Source: Candidatus Eiseniibacteriota bacterium (GTDB lineage: Bacteria > Eisenbacteria > RBG-16-71-46 > SZUA-252). From it: 64,000 bases of DNA. Under the pieces are notes generated by a model. That model searched no databases and had not been told where the DNA came from. It saw only the letters and a list, made by a program, of their open reading frames with translations. The DNA lies in the NCBI GenBank assembly GCA_038060295.1, contig JBBTHR010000011.1, positions 6,610 to 70,609 of the forward strand, given 5' to 3'. This document shows, piece after piece, positions 16,363 through 24,481 of this stretch (position 1 is its first letter; each line of letters begins with the position of its first letter). The position numbers and the translations under genes were made by a program.

Positions 16363-17784
16363 CTACAACGCCTTCACCGCGGCAATCAGTTTCCCGACCG
16401 ACGCCTTGGCGTCGCCGAAGAGCATCATCGCCTTCGGATCGTAGAAGAGTTCGTTCTCGATCCCCGCGAAGCCGGGCTTCATGGAGCGCTTCATGATGAC
16501 CACGTGCTTCGATTTGTCGGCGTCGAGAATCGGCATGCCGTAGATGGGGCTCTGCTTGTCGTGCCGCGCCGCCGGATTCACGACGTCGTTGGCGCCGATC
16601 ACCAGGGCCACGTCGCAGCGGCCGAAGGCGTCGTTGATCTGATCGAGGTCGAAGAGTTCCTCGTAAGGGACGTTCGCTTCCGCCAGAAGGACGTTCATGT
16701 GGCCCGGCATGCGCCCCGCCACGGGGTGGATGGCGTACTTCACCTCCACGCCCTTCGCCTTCAGCAGATCGGCCAGCTCGCGCACGCCGTGCTGCGCCTG
16801 CGCCACCGCCAGACCGTAGCCCGGGATCACGATGACCGACTGGGCGTAGGCGAGCATCGTCGCCACGTCCTCGGCCGAGACGTCGCGCACCGACTTCCCG
16901 GAAAGATCGGTGGCGCCGGCCCCTCCGCCTCCCGCCGCCGTCGTCGTCGCGCCGAACGCGCCGAAGAGGACGTTCGTGATGGGGCGATTCATCGCCTTGC
17001 ACATGAGCACCGTCAGGAGCGTTCCCGACGCGCCCACCAGGGTTCCCGCGATGATGAGGACCACGTTGTGGAGCGCGAAGCCCGCGGCCGCCGTGGCGAG
17101 GCCGGTGAAGGAGTTGAGGAGCGACACCACGACCGGCATGTCGCCGCCGCCGATCGGAATGACCGCGAGGACACCCAGCAGCAGCGCCACGCCGAAGAAG
17201 ACGAGGAAGGCCGGCAGCCCGGCCGCGTTCGCGAGGAGCATTCCGCCCAGGACCAGAAGTGCCGCGGCGAGGAGGAAGTTGATCGGCTTCTGGAACGGGT
17301 AGGTGACCGCCTTCTCCGTGAAGACCCCCTGCAGCTTGCCCCAGGCCACGATGCTACCGGTGAAGGAGATCCCGCCGATCAGGGCGCCCATCAGGATGCT
17401 CACCCCTTCCGTCGGCGGCACCGCGCCGGTCGATCGGATGAGGTGGTTGTACTCCAGCGCGGAGACGACCGCGGCGGCTCCGCCTCCCGATCCGTTCAGG
17501 AGCGCGACCAGCTGGGGCATGGCGGTCATGGCCACGCGCCGCGCCGCGAAGGCGCCCACCGTGCCGCCGATGGCGAGTCCGATGGCGATCTCGGTGTAGG
17601 AGAGGATGTGCCGGTCGAGTAGCGTGACGATCAGCGCGATCGACATGCCGATCGCGGCGAGCCGGTTCCCCGAACGGGCGGTCTTGGGCGACGAGAGTTG
17701 CTTGATGCCGAGGATGAAGAGGACGGCGGCGACGATATAGGCGAAGTGTGCCGCGTCCGCGGCGAATCCGAGTTCGGGCGTCAT
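16363..17784 (-). CDS. pntB: NAD(P) transhydrogenase subunit beta
   Basis: ORF 16363..17895 trimmed to ATG at 17784 (MTPELGFAADAAHFAYIVAAVLFILGIKQLSSPKTAR...). The start overlaps the pntAB stop. The C-terminal NADP(H)-binding domain includes 'VIVIPGYGLAVAQAQH' and 'YAIHPVAGRMPGHMNVLLAEANVPY'. Confidence 0.9.
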   Translation of the reverse strand: MTPELGFAADAAHFAYIVAAVLFILGIKQLSSPKTARSGNRLAAIGMSIALIVTLLDRHILSYTEIAIGLAIGGTVGAFAARRVAMTAMPQLVALLNGSGGGAAAVVSALEYNHLIRSTGAVPPTEGVSILMGALIGGISFTGSIVAWGKLQGVFTEKAVTYPFQKPINFLLAAALLVLGGMLLANAAGLPAFLVFFGVALLLGVLAVIPIGGGDMPVVVSLLNSFTGLATAAAGFALHNVVLIIAGTLVGASGTLLTVLMCKAMNRPITNVLFGAFGATTTAAGGGGAGATDLSGKSVRDVSAEDVATMLAYAQSVIVIPGYGLAVAQAQHGVRELADLLKAKGVEVKYAIHPVAGRMPGHMNVLLAEANVPYEELFDLDQINDAFGRCDVALVIGANDVVNPAARHDKQSPIYGMPILDADKSKHVVIMKRSMKPGFAGIENELFYDPKAMMLFGDAKASVGKLIAAVKAL

Positions 17785-18077
17785 CCTCGTGGCGCCTCCG
17801 GCTTCTTCGCGAACATCTGAAGCATTCGGTCGGTCACCAGGAACCCTCCGACCACGTTGATCGCGCCCAGGACCACGCCGATGAATCCGATCCACTTCAC
17901 GAGCGGCGTATCGGCCTGCCCGGTGACGAGGATCGCTCCGACGACGATGATGCCGTGGATGGCGTTCGTCCCCGACATGAGCGGCGTGTGGAGAATCACG
18001 GGAACCTTGGAGATCACTTCGAAGCCGACGAAGATCGCCAGCAAGAAGATCGTGAGATCGCCGAGGAGGGCATTCAT
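17781..18077 (-). CDS. pntAB: NAD(P) transhydrogenase subunit alpha part 2 (membrane segment)
   Basis: This is the 98-aa C-terminal part of ORF 17781..19325, starting MNALLGDLTIFLLAIFVGFEVISKVPVILHTPLMSGTNAIHGIIVVG... It sits between pntAA and pntB with 4-nt overlaps at both ends. Confidence 0.85.
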   Translation of the reverse strand: MNALLGDLTIFLLAIFVGFEVISKVPVILHTPLMSGTNAIHGIIVVGAILVTGQADTPLVKWIGFIGVVLGAINVVGGFLVTDRMLQMFAKKPEAPRG

Positions 18078-19267
18078 CGGACCGCGCCTCCGGTGGTGGC
18101 GGGAGCGGGCGCCGCGGCGCCCAGGCGGTCGCGCGTGGCCGCGTGACGCACCGTTCCCTCGTGGGTGATGCAGGTGTCGCGGACGATGTCGTCCTCGAAG
18201 TCGAATGTGAGCGCGCCCTCCTTCAGCATGAGCTGCATGAAGTTCAGGAGATTGCGCGAGTACAGCTGGCTGGCGTGGACCGGCGCCATGGAGTCGAGAT
18301 GGAGCGGCCCGACGATCGTCACGCCGTGGCGCACGATGGTTTCGCCGGCGACGCTCCCCTCGCAATTGCCGCCCGAGTCGGCGGCGAGGTCGAGGATCAC
18401 CGAGCCCGGCTTCATCGTGGCGAGGTCGGCGTCGCTGATCAGGCGCGGCGCCGTGCGTCCCGGAATGCGCGCCGTCGTGATGATCACGTCGGCCTGCGGC
18501 ACGCGCGCGCGGAGCAACTCCTGCGCCTCCTGCTGCTTCTCGGCGGAGAGCGCCTTGGCATATCCCTGCGCGTCCTGCGCCTCCTCGGCGCTCAGCTTCG
18601 GGCCCACGAACGTGGCGCCGAGCGACTCGACCTCCTCCTTCACGGCGGGCCGGATGTCGAACCCTTCCACCACGGCGCCGAGCCGGCGCACCGTGGCGAT
18701 CGCCTGAAGGCCAGCGACGCCCGCGCCGACGACGAGCACGCGCGACGGCGCGATCGTTCCCGCTGCGGTGACGAACATGGGGAAGAGCTTCGGCGCGATC
18801 TCGGCGGCGATGAGCGCGGCCTTGTAGCCGGCGATGGTCGCCATGGAAGAGAGCACGTCCATCCGCTGCGCGCGGGTGGAGCGCGGCACCGCGTCCATGC
18901 TGAACGCCGTGACCCTGCCCTGGACGAGCATCTTCACGATTTCTAGGTTGGAGAGCGGATTGAGCAGGCAGACGAGAACCGCCCCCTCGCGGAGGCACTC
19001 GGCCTCGTGCTTGCCGCCCGGACCGCCCGGCATCGGCGGCTGAATTTTCAGGATGGCGTCGGCCTGGGACCAGAGCGCGGCGGCGTCGGGAACGACGGTT
19101 GCTCCCGCGTCGACGTAGGCCTGGTCGGCATGAAACGCCTTGGCGCCGGCGCCGGCTTGAACGAGGACCGTGGCCCCCGCCTTCACCAGCGCGCGCACGG
19201 TGTCCGGGATGACGGCGACGCGCCGCTCGCCCGGGGCAATCTCCTGTGGAATTCCGATCTTGGTCAT
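18074..19267 (-). CDS. pntAA: NAD(P) transhydrogenase subunit alpha part 1 (alanine-dehydrogenase-like NAD(H) domain)
   Basis: 397-aa ORF starting MTKIGIPQEIAPGERRVAVIPDTVRALVKAGATVLVQAGAG... The Rossmann motif is 'VLVVGAGVAGLQAIATVRRLGAVVEGFD'. Confidence 0.9.
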   Translation of the reverse strand: MTKIGIPQEIAPGERRVAVIPDTVRALVKAGATVLVQAGAGAKAFHADQAYVDAGATVVPDAAALWSQADAILKIQPPMPGGPGGKHEAECLREGAVLVCLLNPLSNLEIVKMLVQGRVTAFSMDAVPRSTRAQRMDVLSSMATIAGYKAALIAAEIAPKLFPMFVTAAGTIAPSRVLVVGAGVAGLQAIATVRRLGAVVEGFDIRPAVKEEVESLGATFVGPKLSAEEAQDAQGYAKALSAEKQQEAQELLRARVPQADVIITTARIPGRTAPRLISDADLATMKPGSVILDLAADSGGNCEGSVAGETIVRHGVTIVGPLHLDSMAPVHASQLYSRNLLNFMQLMLKEGALTFDFEDDIVRDTCITHEGTVRHAATRDRLGAAAPAPATTGGAVR

Positions 19268-19385
19268 CGGGAGCGATTCCTCCGGCGGCGATTTCAGCGC
19301 TCGGGGTGGCGCGTTGCGCTACCATCTCGGCGCGAAGATTCGTGACGCCCTACGAGCCGAAAACCTTATCAGAAAGGGAGGTCAT

Positions 19386-19949
19386 GTGAAACGTTTCACA
19401 CAGGGAAACGTTCGCCGCCGTCGGATCCATGTCGCTCCGGAACTAAAGGAGTATCTGCGCAAGACCGATCGCCTCCGCGCGGGCCGCGATCCGATCCGTT
19501 TCATGCGGAGCGGCCCCGCGAAGTTCACGCGCGCCGTCGCCGGGCTTCGGCCCGCGCAACTCCGGAAGCGCCCGGCTCCCGGGAAGTGGAGCATTCAGGA
19601 AATTCTGGGACATCTCGTCGACACCGAGGTCGTCTACGGCTATCGCTACCGCTTGGCGCTCGCGCAGCCGGGGTCGCCCATCCAGGGCTACGATCAGGGA
19701 GTCTGGGTGCGCGAATTCGGCTACCGCGCGAAGCGCTGGAACGCGAAGAAGCTGCTCGTCCACATCGCATCGCTCCGCCGTTCCACACTCTATCTCTTCG
19801 AGAACATGCCGCGCGGCGCCGGCGATCGCTACGGAATTCACTCGGAGCGCGGGAAGGAGACTGTGCGCCGAACGCAGGAGCTGATCGCGGGGCATGACCT
19901 GAACCATCTTGAGCAGATCAAGGCGATCCGGAAGAAGTACGGCTGGTAG
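19386..19949 (+). CDS. DinB-family (DinB_2-like) metal-dependent protein
   Basis: ORF 19170..19949 trimmed to GTG 19386, which follows AAAGGGAGG. Motifs are 'KWSIQEILGHLVDTEVVYGYR' and 'LIAGHDLNHLEQI', a His-containing four-helix-bundle pattern. Confidence 0.65.
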   Translation: MKRFTQGNVRRRRIHVAPELKEYLRKTDRLRAGRDPIRFMRSGPAKFTRAVAGLRPAQLRKRPAPGKWSIQEILGHLVDTEVVYGYRYRLALAQPGSPIQGYDQGVWVREFGYRAKRWNAKKLLVHIASLRRSTLYLFENMPRGAGDRYGIHSERGKETVRRTQELIAGHDLNHLEQIKAIRKKYGW

Positions 19950-20090
19950 GGAGAGGTGGCGGCCTATTCAAATACTGTTGGGCTGCCCAGCCCGCCAACC
20001 CCAGAGCGCTAGCAAACAGTAACAAACAATAATAAACGTTGACTTGCGACCATCCCTTTCCGATCATGATTTTGAAAGGAGGGACGCACG

Positions 20091-20942
20091 ATGACCTCGG
20101 ATCCCATCAGTACGGTCGCGGCCCGCCGCGCCGATACCAGCTTCGGGCTCTTCCTCACCCAGATCCTCAGCGACCGCGAGCGATACTTCACCGAGGTTGT
20201 GGAAAACGATGGCCTGCCCGCGAAACTCGTCCATGCGCTGTGGACTCTGCTGGCGCTTTGCGCGCTCTACGGCGCGGCCGCGGGAGCGTACGCCGGGCCC
20301 GAGCAGGCCCTATCCGCCGCGATCAAACTGCCGCTGCTATTCCTCGGTACGCTGGCGATCTGCTTTCCCGGGTTCTTCGTCATCCAGGTGCTCGTCGGTT
20401 CGCGCCTGCGGCTGGCGCAGGTGCTGGCGCTCGTGCTCGGCGCGCTTTCGCTCAGCGCCATCCTGCTCGCCGCGGTCGTTCCCATCGCCGCCTTCTTCCT
20501 CTTCACCGGAGCCAACTACTACTTCCTCACGCTGCTGCATGTCGTGGTCGTGCTCGGCGCCGGTCTCGTCGGCATGGCGGTGCTCCATGAGGGGCTCGCG
20601 TTCGCGTGCGAGAAGCGCGGCGTCTATCCGAAGAAGGCGATGACGATCATGAAGGTGTGGGCCGTCCTGTTCGCGTTCGTCGGAATCCAGATGGCCTGGA
20701 ATCTGCAGCCTTTCGTCGGCGATCGCGGCCAGCCGTTCCAGTTCTTCCGCCACAACGAAGGCAACTTCTACACCGCGATCATCTACTCGCTTCAGAAGCT
20801 CTCGCGCAGCGAGGGCAGCGAGGGCAGCGAGGATAACGGGGCCACCGCCGCACCGCCGGCGACGTATCGGCAGGAGGTGCCCCGTCTGCTCGATCTCAGA
20901 CGGGACGCGCTACCCGACAGCGGCCGAGCGGCCGGACAGTGA
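20091..20942 (+). CDS. multi-pass integral membrane protein, function unknown (Yip1-like topology?)
   Basis: 283-aa ORF preceded by RBS AAAGGAGGG. Upstream is an A-rich tract and TTGACT-N17-GATCAT (20039-20067). It has five or six hydrophobic helices and an acidic tail 'SEGSEGSEDNG'. It is coupled to the downstream HTH gene by a 4-nt overlap. Confidence 0.6.
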   Translation: MTSDPISTVAARRADTSFGLFLTQILSDRERYFTEVVENDGLPAKLVHALWTLLALCALYGAAAGAYAGPEQALSAAIKLPLLFLGTLAICFPGFFVIQVLVGSRLRLAQVLALVLGALSLSAILLAAVVPIAAFFLFTGANYYFLTLLHVVVVLGAGLVGMAVLHEGLAFACEKRGVYPKKAMTIMKVWAVLFAFVGIQMAWNLQPFVGDRGQPFQFFRHNEGNFYTAIIYSLQKLSRSEGSEGSEDNGATAAPPATYRQEVPRLLDLRRDALPDSGRAAGQ

Positions 20943-21175
20943 GCGGACAGAACACGCCCAACCACGATATTCTCACGCTCGAGGAGGTGGCGCTCTACCT
21001 TCGCCTCAAACCCCAGACCATCTACAGATGGGCGCAGGAACGACGCATCCCCGCGGTCAAGTTGGGCAAGGAATGGCGATTCCGGAAGAGCATCCTCGAC
21101 CGGTGGCTGGACGAGCAGATGCTGAGCGAGGACTCGGGATTCAGCCACCTACGCGAGCCCGAGGACGGCGAGTGA
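20939..21175 (+). CDS. excisionase-family / MerR-like HTH_17 DNA-binding protein
   Basis: 78 aa, GTG start. 'LTLEEVALYLRLKPQTIYRWAQERRIPAVKLGKEWRFRKSILDRWL' is the classic helix-turn-helix_17 pattern. Confidence 0.75.
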   Translation: MSGQNTPNHDILTLEEVALYLRLKPQTIYRWAQERRIPAVKLGKEWRFRKSILDRWLDEQMLSEDSGFSHLREPEDGE

Positions 21176-21520
21176 ATGTCTTGAGCCGTGTATGCTGGGC
21201 CGCACCTTCTTGACGCTCACCGCCGATCCGCGCTATCGTAATCGAAGGTACCGGGGCGCCTGCCCGGTTGCCGTTCACCTCAGCCTACGGAGGGTCCTAT
21301 GAGAACTGTCCTGGTCGCCCTCGGAGCCGCCCCCGGCCGCTAGGCTTTCCCCGATTCGTTAGCCTCCCGGCCGGCCGTACGCCGGCGACTCCGACCACTC
21401 CGATCGATCGTTGGGCCCGCGGTCTGCCGCCTTGTGTCGCGCGACGGGATGCTCCGTCCGCGCCGTGACGACTCCGCTCGCGCCCCTTGCCGACACGCAC
21501 CGAGCTGGAGGAGCACCGCC

Positions 21521-22603
21521 GTGAGTTTTCTGGAATCGCTGGGTTGGACTCCGTTTTTCGAATCGCAGGTCGATCGCGACGCCGAATCTCACCTCGTCCC
21601 CGCGCGCGTCGCCGAAGAGCAGCGCGGGCAATACACGCTTCTCGCCCATGGCGCCGAGTGGCGCGGCGAATTGGCGGGGAGGCTCCGCCACGAGGCGAAC
21701 ACCGAGGGCGCCCTCCTCCCCTGCGTGGGGGATTGGGCGATGACCACGCTCCCGGGCGGTCGGCCCGAGGACGGGATCGCCAGGATCGAGCGCGTGCTCG
21801 ATCGCCGATCGAAGTTCTCGAGGAAGGAATCCGGGAACCGGTCGGCCGAGCAGATCGTCGCCGCCAACATCGACACGGTCTTCCTGGTGCAGTCGCTGAA
21901 CGGAGACCTGAACCACCGGAGGCTCGAACGCTACCTCACGCTCCTCTGGGAGAGCGGCGCGGAACCGGTCGTGGTCCTGAGCAAGGCGGACCTCTGCGTC
22001 GACCGTGACGCCGTCGTGGCGGAGATCGAAGCGGTGGCTCAAGGAGCGGCGGTCCACGCCGTGAGCGCCGTAGAGCCGGAGGGGCTCGCCGCGCTCGATC
22101 GCTACCTGAGCAAGGGGAAGACGGCCGCGTTGGTCGGCTCCTCGGGAGTGGGGAAGTCGACGATCCTGAACACGCTCGTCGGCCGGGAACGGATGCGCGT
22201 CCAGGAAATCCGCGCAGACGACCGGGGGCGGCACACGACCACGGCGCGTCACCTGGTGCCCCTTCCGCAGGGAGGGCTACTGATCGACACGCCCGGGATG
22301 CGGACCGTAATTCTCTGGGAGGGCGAAGAGGGACTCGGAAAGGCGTTCGGAGACGTCGAAGCGGTGGCGGCGGAATGCCGATTCCGGGATTGCACCCACC
22401 GGACCGAGCCTGGCTGCGCGGTGCGCGACGCGCTCGACGCCGGGACGCTCGATGCGGCGCGATTTCGCTCCTACGTCAAGCTGGGGCGGGAGGCGAGGCG
22501 CATGGCAACGAAGACCGACATCCGTCTTCGGGAGGAAGAGAAACGGAAGTGGAAGCGGATCCACGTCGCGCAGCGGAATCGCCCCGACAAGCGGAAGGTT
22601 TGA
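21521..22603 (+). CDS. rsgA: ribosome small-subunit-dependent GTPase A
   Basis: ORF 21434..22603 trimmed to GTG 21521, which follows GGAGGAG. It shows circularly permuted GTPase order: 'VVVLSKADL', 'AALVGSSGVGKSTILNTL', 'HTTTARHLVPLPQGGLLIDTPG'. The Zn cluster is 'CRFRDCTHRTEPGCAV'. Confidence 0.9.
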   Translation: MSFLESLGWTPFFESQVDRDAESHLVPARVAEEQRGQYTLLAHGAEWRGELAGRLRHEANTEGALLPCVGDWAMTTLPGGRPEDGIARIERVLDRRSKFSRKESGNRSAEQIVAANIDTVFLVQSLNGDLNHRRLERYLTLLWESGAEPVVVLSKADLCVDRDAVVAEIEAVAQGAAVHAVSAVEPEGLAALDRYLSKGKTAALVGSSGVGKSTILNTLVGRERMRVQEIRADDRGRHTTTARHLVPLPQGGLLIDTPGMRTVILWEGEEGLGKAFGDVEAVAAECRFRDCTHRTEPGCAVRDALDAGTLDAARFRSYVKLGREARRMATKTDIRLREEEKRKWKRIHVAQRNRPDKRKV

Positions 22604-22672
22604 GCGGGATGCGCGGGGGCGGATGGCGGCGCCCGATTCAGTCGTCCCCGTCCTCGTCATTCGGGCGCGGCG

Positions 22673-23401
22673 CTACGCCCGCAGGGGCGCCCCGCGCGCC
22701 GCGTCGACGAACGCGCGCACCAGCCGGCGCGATGCGTCCGTGGCGGGAGCGCGCTCGGGGTGCCACTGCACGCCGAGGTAGAAGGGATGATCGGAGCGCT
22801 CGATCGCCTCCACCACGCCGTCCTCCGCGCGGGCCGCGGCGCGGAATCCGGGGGCGAGGTCGGCGAGCCCCTGATGGTGGAACGAGTTCACCACCGCCGT
22901 CTCGACGCCGAGGACGCGGTGGAGGAGCGTGCCGCGCTCCACCCGCACCGGATGATCGTGGGAGACGCCGTCGGGCTCGTCCTCGTGTCGCAGGGAGCCG
23001 GGGACATCCACCGGCAGGTGCTGGAAGATCGTCCCGCCGAAAACGACGTTCATCGTCTGCATGCCGAGGCAGATGCCGAGGAGCGGCTTGCCCGCCTCGT
23101 GCGCGCTCTTCGCCAGGAAGAAATCGGAGGCGACGCGCTCCTTCGGGGCGACATTCGTTTCGGGTCGCGCGTTCTGGCCGAAGCGGGTCGGGTCGATGTC
23201 GCCCCCGCCCGTGAGGACGACGCCATCGAGCCGGTCGATCATCGCGCGCGCTTCCTCGCGCGTTTCCAACAGTGGAAGGATCACCGCGATGGCCCCCTCC
23301 TGCGCCAGGAGTCCGGGATAGTTTCGCCAGACGCGGATGCTCCCGCCGTTCCGGGGGCCGGGCTTGAAGCTGGGGGCGATGCCGATCAGGGGTGCCGCCA
23401 C
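22673..23401 (-). CDS. gamma-glutamyl-GABA hydrolase-like class I glutamine amidotransferase (peptidase C26)
   Basis: 242-aa ORF. The nucleophile-elbow motif is 'PLLGICLGMQTMNV', with 'NSFHHQG' and 'GVQWHPE' also present. Confidence 0.8.
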   Translation of the reverse strand: MAAPLIGIAPSFKPGPRNGGSIRVWRNYPGLLAQEGAIAVILPLLETREEARAMIDRLDGVVLTGGGDIDPTRFGQNARPETNVAPKERVASDFFLAKSAHEAGKPLLGICLGMQTMNVVFGGTIFQHLPVDVPGSLRHEDEPDGVSHDHPVRVERGTLLHRVLGVETAVVNSFHHQGLADLAPGFRAAARAEDGVVEAIERSDHPFYLGVQWHPERAPATDASRRLVRAFVDAARGAPLRA

Positions 23402-23412
23402 GCCGCTCCTCC

Positions 23413-24450
23413 TCAGTAGCCTCGCGCCGGATCGACGCGGTTCAACAACGATTCGCCGCGCCCGTCGCGCGCGAGGTTCTCGCGGAAGAGCGACATCGCC
23501 CGGGGCCAGAACCCCCGCGACACGCCCGAGACGTGCGGCGTCAGGAGCACGCGGTCGAGCCTATAGAGTTCGCTCTCGTGCGGCAAGGGCTCCACCGCGA
23601 AGACGTCGAGCGCGGCGCCGCCGATCCGTCCGTCCCGCACCGCCGCGACGAACGCGTCCTCCCGCACCAGTCTCCCGCGCGCGATGTTCACGAACCAGAC
23701 GCCGCGGCGCACGCGGGCGAACGCGGCCTCGTCGAACCGGCCCTCCGTTTCGGGCGTGAGCGCGGCGGAGAGCACCAGGGCGTCGCTCTCCTCGAGCAAC
23801 CGCTCGAACTCGCCCGGCCCCAGGAACGCCGCGACGGGCGGTTCCTCGCGCGGGAGCCGGAGCGTGTCGAGCAGCGGCTCGTCCCACGTGCGGGGTGTCT
23901 CGGGGTGGCGCTTCAGGGCGATCACGCGCATCCCGAAGGCGGCGGCGCGGCGCGTCACCTCGCGCCCGATCAGACCGTAGCCGAAGATCCCGAGCGTCTT
24001 GCCGTGGAGATCGTGCGGCATTCCTTCCCCGGTCCACCATCCCTCGCGGTTCATTCCCTCGGCGCTCCTCTGCTCGTCCAGCGCCCGCGGAACATCGCGT
24101 GCGAGCGCCAGGAGCGATCCGATCACGTGCTCCGCGATGGGAATCGAGTGGGCGCCGCGCGAGCTGGTGAGGGCGGCGCCCGTCGCGCGGAAGGCGGGCG
24201 TCAGGTAGGCGCCCGCTCCGGCCGCCGGAACGTGGAGCCACCGAAGCCGCTCGGCGCGTGCCATCACCGCATCGTCGGGGCGCCACGAGAAGAGGATCTC
24301 CGCGTCGACGATCGCCGCCGCCAACGCGGTGTCGCTCTCCGCGCGCTCCACCTCCAGATCGGGGAAATCGCGCCGCAACGCCGCAACCTCGGCGTCGGGA
24401 ATGCGCCACGCCTCGGCGTCGCTCTCGAGCCAGAGAAGTACGCGTCGCAT
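23413..24450 (-). CDS. D-isomer-specific 2-hydroxyacid dehydrogenase family protein
   Basis: ORF 23413..24600 trimmed to ATG at 24450 (MRRVLLWLESD...). The NAD-binding motif is 'LGIFGYGLIGREVTRRAAAFGMRVIAL', with 'FVNIARGRLV' and 'ALDVFAVEPLP...LLTPHVSG'. Confidence 0.8.
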   Translation of the reverse strand: MRRVLLWLESDAEAWRIPDAEVAALRRDFPDLEVERAESDTALAAAIVDAEILFSWRPDDAVMARAERLRWLHVPAAGAGAYLTPAFRATGAALTSSRGAHSIPIAEHVIGSLLALARDVPRALDEQRSAEGMNREGWWTGEGMPHDLHGKTLGIFGYGLIGREVTRRAAAFGMRVIALKRHPETPRTWDEPLLDTLRLPREEPPVAAFLGPGEFERLLEESDALVLSAALTPETEGRFDEAAFARVRRGVWFVNIARGRLVREDAFVAAVRDGRIGGAALDVFAVEPLPHESELYRLDRVLLTPHVSGVSRGFWPRAMSLFRENLARDGRGESLLNRVDPARGY

Positions 24451-24481
24451 TTCCGTCGCTCGCTCCGCGGCCGCGAGGGCG

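Noticed and set aside
19304-19317. A GG-N10-GC match (GGgtggcgcgTTGC) between pntAA and the DinB-family gene.
   Set aside because: Only the GG and TTGC are conserved; the -24 region is GGGGTG rather than TGGCAC. In a G+C-rich spacer such partial matches are expected by chance.
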